DNA of 64,000 nucleotides, taken from NCBI RefSeq assembly GCF_000143415.4, contig NW_003314279.1:682130-746129 (forward strand), given 5' to 3'. Numbering within the stretch: the first letter of the stretch is position 1; every line of letters starts with the position of its first letter. Source of the DNA: Selaginella moellendorffii. Its lineage: Eukaryota > Plantae > Lycopodiophyta. Below are positions 58,548 to 64,000 of the stretch, piece by piece. The notes below the pieces were generated by a model, which searched no databases, had not been told where the DNA came from, and worked only from the letters and a program-made list of their open reading frames with translations. A program made the translations under genes and the position numbers.

Positions 58548-59348
58548 TCAGGTACTCCCATCCTCCTCAGGCACGGTATGCTTGCTCGTTACTCTTGTAG
58601 CATTTGCGATCGCTTCCTTTCTTCCTTTGCCAGCAGGAAATACAATACACCGTGTTGGAATCCTCTTCTTGCCAACAGGCCTGAGAATCCGCAACCTCAT
58701 CAGCCTCATTCTGATCCCAGCCATAGCCAAGCACCTTGTGATCTCCCTCCGGTTGATCTGCCTGGGAAAAACCACGTATCTCTTTTCGCCAACTCCTGGA
58801 GCGTGCCTCAAGTCGACCTCAATCCCGTGCCTCACGTAGCAATTCTCGACGACCATCCTCTTCAAACGCCTGTAGCCTTCCGAGTCCATCTTCCCTTCTA
58901 GCTCGAGTTGTTCCTCAACGAGCCTCGAGAACAAAAACCCCGGCTTGAGCCTGACGTGGTTTGGAGCCTCGTCCGAGAAGCCAACCTTGAAGGCCCTGTG
59001 CCGGAAGAAGAGCCTGCTTATGGCACAGACTGTGAACTCTCGCCGCCTTGGCATTCGGCCCATCTCCTCCAGGACGGACACCACTGCCCAAGTTTTCATC
59101 CGGCGACAGTCTGGGACTAAGCGGTTCCTGTGCTTTGCCTTTGGCATCTGTCCCTTCCCTGTCAAGTCGAGGTAGAGATCCTTGAAAGCCCACTCGAGAG
59201 CGAGCGGCTTTTCTTCCGGTGGTGGATCTCTTGTGTAGAAGAGGAGAGCTTGCTTCTTTGGATCGTGCTTGAATGCCAGCGTAAACTTTTGCCGAGCGAA
59301 GACCATCAGCTGTGGAAGGGCCCTCGCCCTCGAGTGGAGAAATCCCAT
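58548..59348 (-). CDS. Intronless basic orphan ORF (~266 aa), possibly organelle-targeted
   Basis: Long open frame with ATG at 59348 between EMC5 and SRRP1 and an Arg-rich amphipathic N-terminus. No confident family. Confidence 0.6.
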   Translation of the reverse strand: MGFLHSRARALPQLMVFARQKFTLAFKHDPKKQALLFYTRDPPPEEKPLALEWAFKDLYLDLTGKGQMPKAKHRNRLVPDCRRMKTWAVVSVLEEMGRMPRRREFTVCAISRLFFRHRAFKVGFSDEAPNHVRLKPGFLFSRLVEEQLELEGKMDSEGYRRLKRMVVENCYVRHGIEVDLRHAPGVGEKRYVVFPRQINRREITRCLAMAGIRMRLMRLRILRPVGKKRIPTRCIVFPAGKGRKEAIANATRVTSKHTVPEEDGST

Positions 59349-59407
59349 ACCGGCTATAAAACCTCGCAAAAAGAATGGACAAAAGGTGGCAGTAGTGGTT
59401 TACCGAT

Positions 59408-59905
59408 TTAATTTACATCCAGCTTTGGTGGGAAGAGCTTCCCTCGGTGATTGAAGATCATGAAGTCAAGGTTTTCCGGAAGCTGCAAGATCCTGCCCAA
59501 GAACAAACGTGAGAGGAGAAAAAAAAAACACGAGAAAAGATGGAGACAAACCTGTCGTGTTTCGAGTCTGGAAGAATCTCCAGGAATGTACCAGGAACCG
59601 AAAGCGCTGCCCAGAGGCACAGCGCCGAGCTCACCAAAACTTCGACCAAAATCTGCGAAGGCAGGCGCTTGTGATCACCAAAGCGAGGAAAGAGAGGAAG
59701 TAACAAACAAAGCACCTGGAATGAAACGCGAGAAAATTCTTCCTCCTTGATCTTGAGAGCCGCGCGATCTGCAAGTGGATGCGAGATGAAATCTGGAAGA
59801 TCCAGAGAGGCGCGGCTTACACTGGATCGTGGAATGCGCCGCATGCGCGAGGAGAAGCACGCCGAGAACGCCGATCGCGAGATCTATCTTCTTGGCGATC
59901 CCCAT
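59408..59905 (-). CDS. EMC5: ER membrane complex subunit 5 / membrane magnesium transporter, 4 exons
   Basis: 'G.LLLAHAAHSTIQ|YR..LKI.EEEF', 'ENLDFMIFNHRGK'. Confidence 0.92.
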
Positions 59906-59970
59906 ACCCTACAAGAACCCTAAAAGGCTATTCGTGGAATATACCGTTTGGGAGGTTTTGTCTAGGGTTT

Positions 59971-62090
59971 ATGGCGATGGAGCCTGCCGCCGACGAGCTA
60001 GAGCAGCGTTCGATCGAAGGTAAAGATCCCGAGAAAGGGGCGCCAGTGGAGGACGATCAGAAGCATTTGCTGGAGATCGAGAATGTGAAGCCGGTGGTAA
60101 TCGATGAGAATTCGAATCCGATGGTAGTCGATGGGAATCCGAAGCCGGTGGTAATCGAGCAAGACCAGCCGCCGCAAGATGGTAGCGCCGAGGATGTGGA
60201 ATCCTCCAGGCTCACGAGCGTTGACGATGATCGAGAGGAAGGCGAGGTGGAGGAAGATTTGGCCGAGAAAATCAGAGTAAGTGCTCCTTGTGTCCAGAAA
60301 GAAGAGAATGAGAAAGAGGAAGACGAAGAGGAGGATGAAGAGGATGATCTGGGAGAGACCATGGAGGACAGTGAGCCTCTTTACAGCGACCATGGAAAAG
60401 AGGAGTCTTCCTCTAGTGACGACGACAATGAGGACTGGACGGCTTCTTTCGAGCAAAACTTTGGAAGCGAAAGCAAAAAAACTCACAAGGATAGCAGTGA
60501 TGATGAAGATGACAAGCCTCCGAGAACCAAGAACGAGATCTCGGTATGACAATGTAGATTCTACCTCCTTCTTTTCATTCTTTCGTTCATTCTTCTTCTT
60601 GCAGAGCTTACCTCCGGTACCAAAAGTAGATGTCCAGCTCCAGCCTTGTCACACTTTAGTCCCAATCGGTACAGTCTCTTCGGTAAACTGCGGCATACTT
60701 GGCTTTTCTTTTCTATCTGTAGCTTAAACTCGATGTTTCAGATAGTGGAAGCGATGATCATCGTAGAAGGTGATGAAAATCATCAGGCACTCGATGAAGG
60801 CTCCATTCTCTGGCTGACGGATAGCCGAGCTCCCCTTGGTTTTATCGATGAAGTCTTTGGCCCCGTGAAGAAGCCCTTCTATGTGGTACGATTCAACGAC
60901 GTTACAGAGGTTCCCAAAGAAGCACGAGAATCGGCGCGAGTGGCCTTCGTTCCCGATTTCGCGAGAACAGTCTTGAAGAACGAGAACCTGTTCAAGAAAG
61001 GTTACGACGCGTCTGGGGTGGACGACGAAGAGCTTTCGGACGACGAAGTGGAGTTCTCTGACGATGAGAAAGAAGCAGAATTTAAGCGCGAGAGAGCTAA
61101 AGCAAAGAGGAAAACAAGGGAGGACTCAAGCTGCCAAGCTTTCAAGGAGAAAAAGCCACCTCGGGCTCGTAATTCCAGCAAGTTTGGCAATGGAGGACCA
61201 CACAAGGTATCCGCTTCGACATCCAGGCTCTAGCTTACTTTTTCTTACGTGCAGGGATTCGAGTCGCCTCGTGATAGGAAAATGAGAAGTCCCGGCGATG
61301 CGCAGGTAATCTAAATACTCAGATTTCATGACAGGAAAACTAACTGTGGTTTGCAGCGGCTCATACATGAAGCACAGATGAAACGATTCAACGATAAGCG
61401 GGTACACAAACATCTCGCCTTTTTTTTTTCTTCTGTAAGAAAACTGCTAACGTTATGTGCCAATCAGCAGGATGAAAATATAAGTTTCCAGCAGCTGGCA
61501 CTCAATCAGAATCGCAGCCACCAGCACGAAGCTGGACAAATTCCGGGCGCACGTATGAACAATCCCGTGCTGCTCGCTGATAACCGGGTAACTCACAAGA
61601 TCTTTCCTTTCCAACTTCTATGTACACTCAAACTTCTTCCTTCTAGCAGAACCAAAGCTACCAGTCTGAAAGACAGCAGCAAATCCAAAACTACGAGCAC
61701 CAAAGTGGATTACCGCCGCCTCAAGTGATGGTGGGATACCATCCTTCGGTCGCCCCGCCATCATACTGGCCAGGACAACCATACCAGGTGCTACCCACGC
61801 CTTATCAACACCCCAGCGTTAGCTTGCAGCAGTACGAAGCCGCGCTACCACCACCACCACTACCACAACAACAACAACAGGCTCCAGGTTTCTATCCCAC
61901 CGGGGGCCAGTGCTTTGGAGGATATCCAAGCCAGCACGTCAGCTATATGCCAGGGCCGGTTTGCTTTCCGGGGTTTGGATGGATGCCAAATGCCTCGCAA
62001 GTGATACCACCAGTTCCGGCAGCTCAGTTTCCACCATTGCAAGGAACAGAGTTCCTGGAAGATTTCATCCAGGACGAGCACTCGAGCTAG
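59971..62090 (+). CDS. NAF1: H/ACA RNP assembly factor NAF1
   Basis: 'PPRTKNE', 'LDEGSILW...PLG.IDEVFGPVKKPFYVVRFN', 'KGYDAS...EFSDDEKEAE' and a Pro/Gln-rich tail. 3' exons are approximate. Confidence 0.9.
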
Positions 62091-62170
62091 AATTCCATCG
62101 ACTGTTTTTTTCTTCCTTCTGGTAAGAGCACCCTGTAGATAACTTATCATTGTATCATAGTTGTACAGTT

Positions 62171-64000
62171 TTAGATGGCGGCCGAGAGCTCCGGGAGTTG
62201 GACGTCTTGGATGCCGGAGGTGGCGGTGGCCTTGACGGCGATGGGACTTCTCACTTGGTGCTTGCCGTCGCTCCAGCTAAAGTCCCCGAAAACGTATGCG
62301 CCCTTGGAGGATCTCTCGGCGGTGAACGTCAGAGTGAAAGACTTCTTCTCGCCGGTGCTGGAGAACTTGAGAATGGAAGGCGTGATTGACACTGAAACTC
62401 CAGGGGGAGGATTGATGGCTACTTTGTATTCCGCTTGGCCGTCACCACCGACGTTTGTCACGGTTCTGGTTACGGTGGTACTCCCTTTCAAGTTGGACAG
62501 TGTCACCGATGGATAGTTAAAGTCGCTCAAGCTGAGCTTGGCGTCGGGGCAGTGGACTTCGTAGCCGGTGAGGGTTTCCATGGCGACGCTGCTGTATCCG
62601 AGGCCGCACAGGAAGAAGATGTAGTCCTCGATGGCTGCGTCGTAGACGAGTCCCGGGTCTGCCGCGGCATTGACATTTACATGACCCGCGCCGTAGTTGA
62701 AAGGCCCTGCGACTTTGTTGCTACCATCCAGGATCTTGTTCCCGGTGTTGTCGTAAGTTATAGCTGGAAGAAGCACAGATCATCGACCGAGACAACGGAG
62801 GACAAGGGACGAACCTGTTGTCATGATGGCCGACTTGATGGCCGCTGGGCTCCAATCCGGATGCAAGGCCTTGAGAAGCGCTACGATGCCGGCTAAGTGA
62901 GGACAGGACATCGATGTTCCGGATTCGACGTTGAACTCTACGAGCCGGCCGTCTCCCGCAGGTGCTGTAGCTCGAGTGAAGGCTGCGAGTATGTTCATTC
63001 CGGGACCTGTTATGTCAGGCTGGAAGAAAAAAGATTGTATAAGCATCCCAGACTTAAAAGCAGGCGACTGTTACCTTCAGGATGTCTGGAGTGAGAGTGT
63101 TGGGACCTTGTGATGAGAAAGAAGCCATCTTCGGGGATGGCTCCACGCCGAGTAAGGTTTTTGCGGGTGTGATATATCCAACAGATGATCTAGTGAAAGA
63201 AATATGTCAGCAGCAAAATAGAGGAAATGGAGCATACGTACTTTGTGTTCTTCAAGTAGGCGTATATTTCTTTACCACTTTGGGCATCAACATTTGTCGC
63301 AGGCAGGACGTGTGGATCTGCAATGAGCTCTCCGCCATCTGCGTCGGAATTGGCTAGAACCAAGCCAGCTCCACCAGCTTGCTTCACCGCGGTGCCTTTG
63401 GAAAGACGAGTTGTCACACCCCGCAGGCAAACCACTATTTTGCCTTCAGTTTTCTTTGGATCCAGGGATCCAACAGTGCACAACAGACTACAGAAAACAT
63501 TTCGTTGATGTGTGAGAACAGAAAAGGTGAATGAAAAAAACTTACCTGCCTATCGAGGATCTGTAGCCAACGTCAGATGAAGCCACGATCGGGTATAGCC
63601 GATCTTCCAGTTTAAATTCGGACAAGCTACTCCCCTTCAACAAAAAGTGGACAGTTGTCGAAACGAAAGGATACTACCCATACTTACCAAGTATGTCTTG
63701 TTGTTGCCGAGAATAACTGATGCACTGAAACTCCGGTCGATGCTGCTAGCTGCGACCGTCAGAATCCAGGGAGGAAGGTTCACAACACTGCCAACTTTCG
63801 GACCATCATTTCCAGCGGAGCAAACAACAGTTATCCCTTTCTGAATAGCGTGAAACGCTCCCAAGGCAATTCCGTCCTGGAAAAAGTCCGGTAGTGGAAC
63901 CTTGCCTCCAATCGAGAGTGTGAGGATGTCCACTCCGTCTGCAATTGCGTCGTCCATGGCAGCGAGAATGTCCGCCTCCCAACAGCCTCCCGGCCAGCAG
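62171..64000 (-). CDS. SBT: Subtilisin-like serine protease (3' part; runs off the window)
   Basis: 'SAGNDGP', PA domain, '[13 protein letters not shown]', catalytic 'SGTSMSCPH', '[16 protein letters not shown]' and Fn3-like 'VRSPI'. Confidence 0.96.

Noticed and set aside
53232-64000. Peptide precursor plus subtilase as a biosynthetic cluster
   Set aside because: They are separated by housekeeping genes, subtilases are abundant, and no BURP or other maturase is present in the window.

Overview
Very gene-dense plant nuclear DNA with ~50-80 nt GT-AG introns, telo-box leaders and PLS-type PPR genes, most consistent with the lycophyte Selaginella (inference). About 28 protein genes were reconstructed by eye. 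In order they are: tandem alpha-crystallin protein, TBL acetyltransferase, LIG6, an intronless PARP6/8/16-type ADP-ribosyltransferase, APC10, NAA10, EXORDIUM-extensin, PRT1-like E3, rubredoxin, a small membrane protein, PHT4/ANTR, ARA6/RABF1, a 9-exon CE4/NodB polysaccharide deacetylase missing from the ORF track, PPR, CAMTA, PAKRP2/KINID1 kinesin, SLC19-type transporter, acetyl-CoA synthetase, PPR, FAF, CYBDOM, a secreted QAPTAS-repeat protein, a second SLC19, SRRP1, an orphan ORF, EMC5, NAF1 and a partial subtilase. The window also holds a tRNA-Ala(AGC), a decayed MULE, and a 5-kb Ty3/Gypsy element with a -1 frameshift signal inserted in a TA array at the centre of a foldback repeat. The most interesting signals are the microbial-type deacetylase, several same-strand gene chains spaced 8-118 bp apart (candidate bi/polycistronic or nested transcription), the PARP, the repeat peptide precursor and the SLC19 pair. 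Exon boundaries are manual and approximate.
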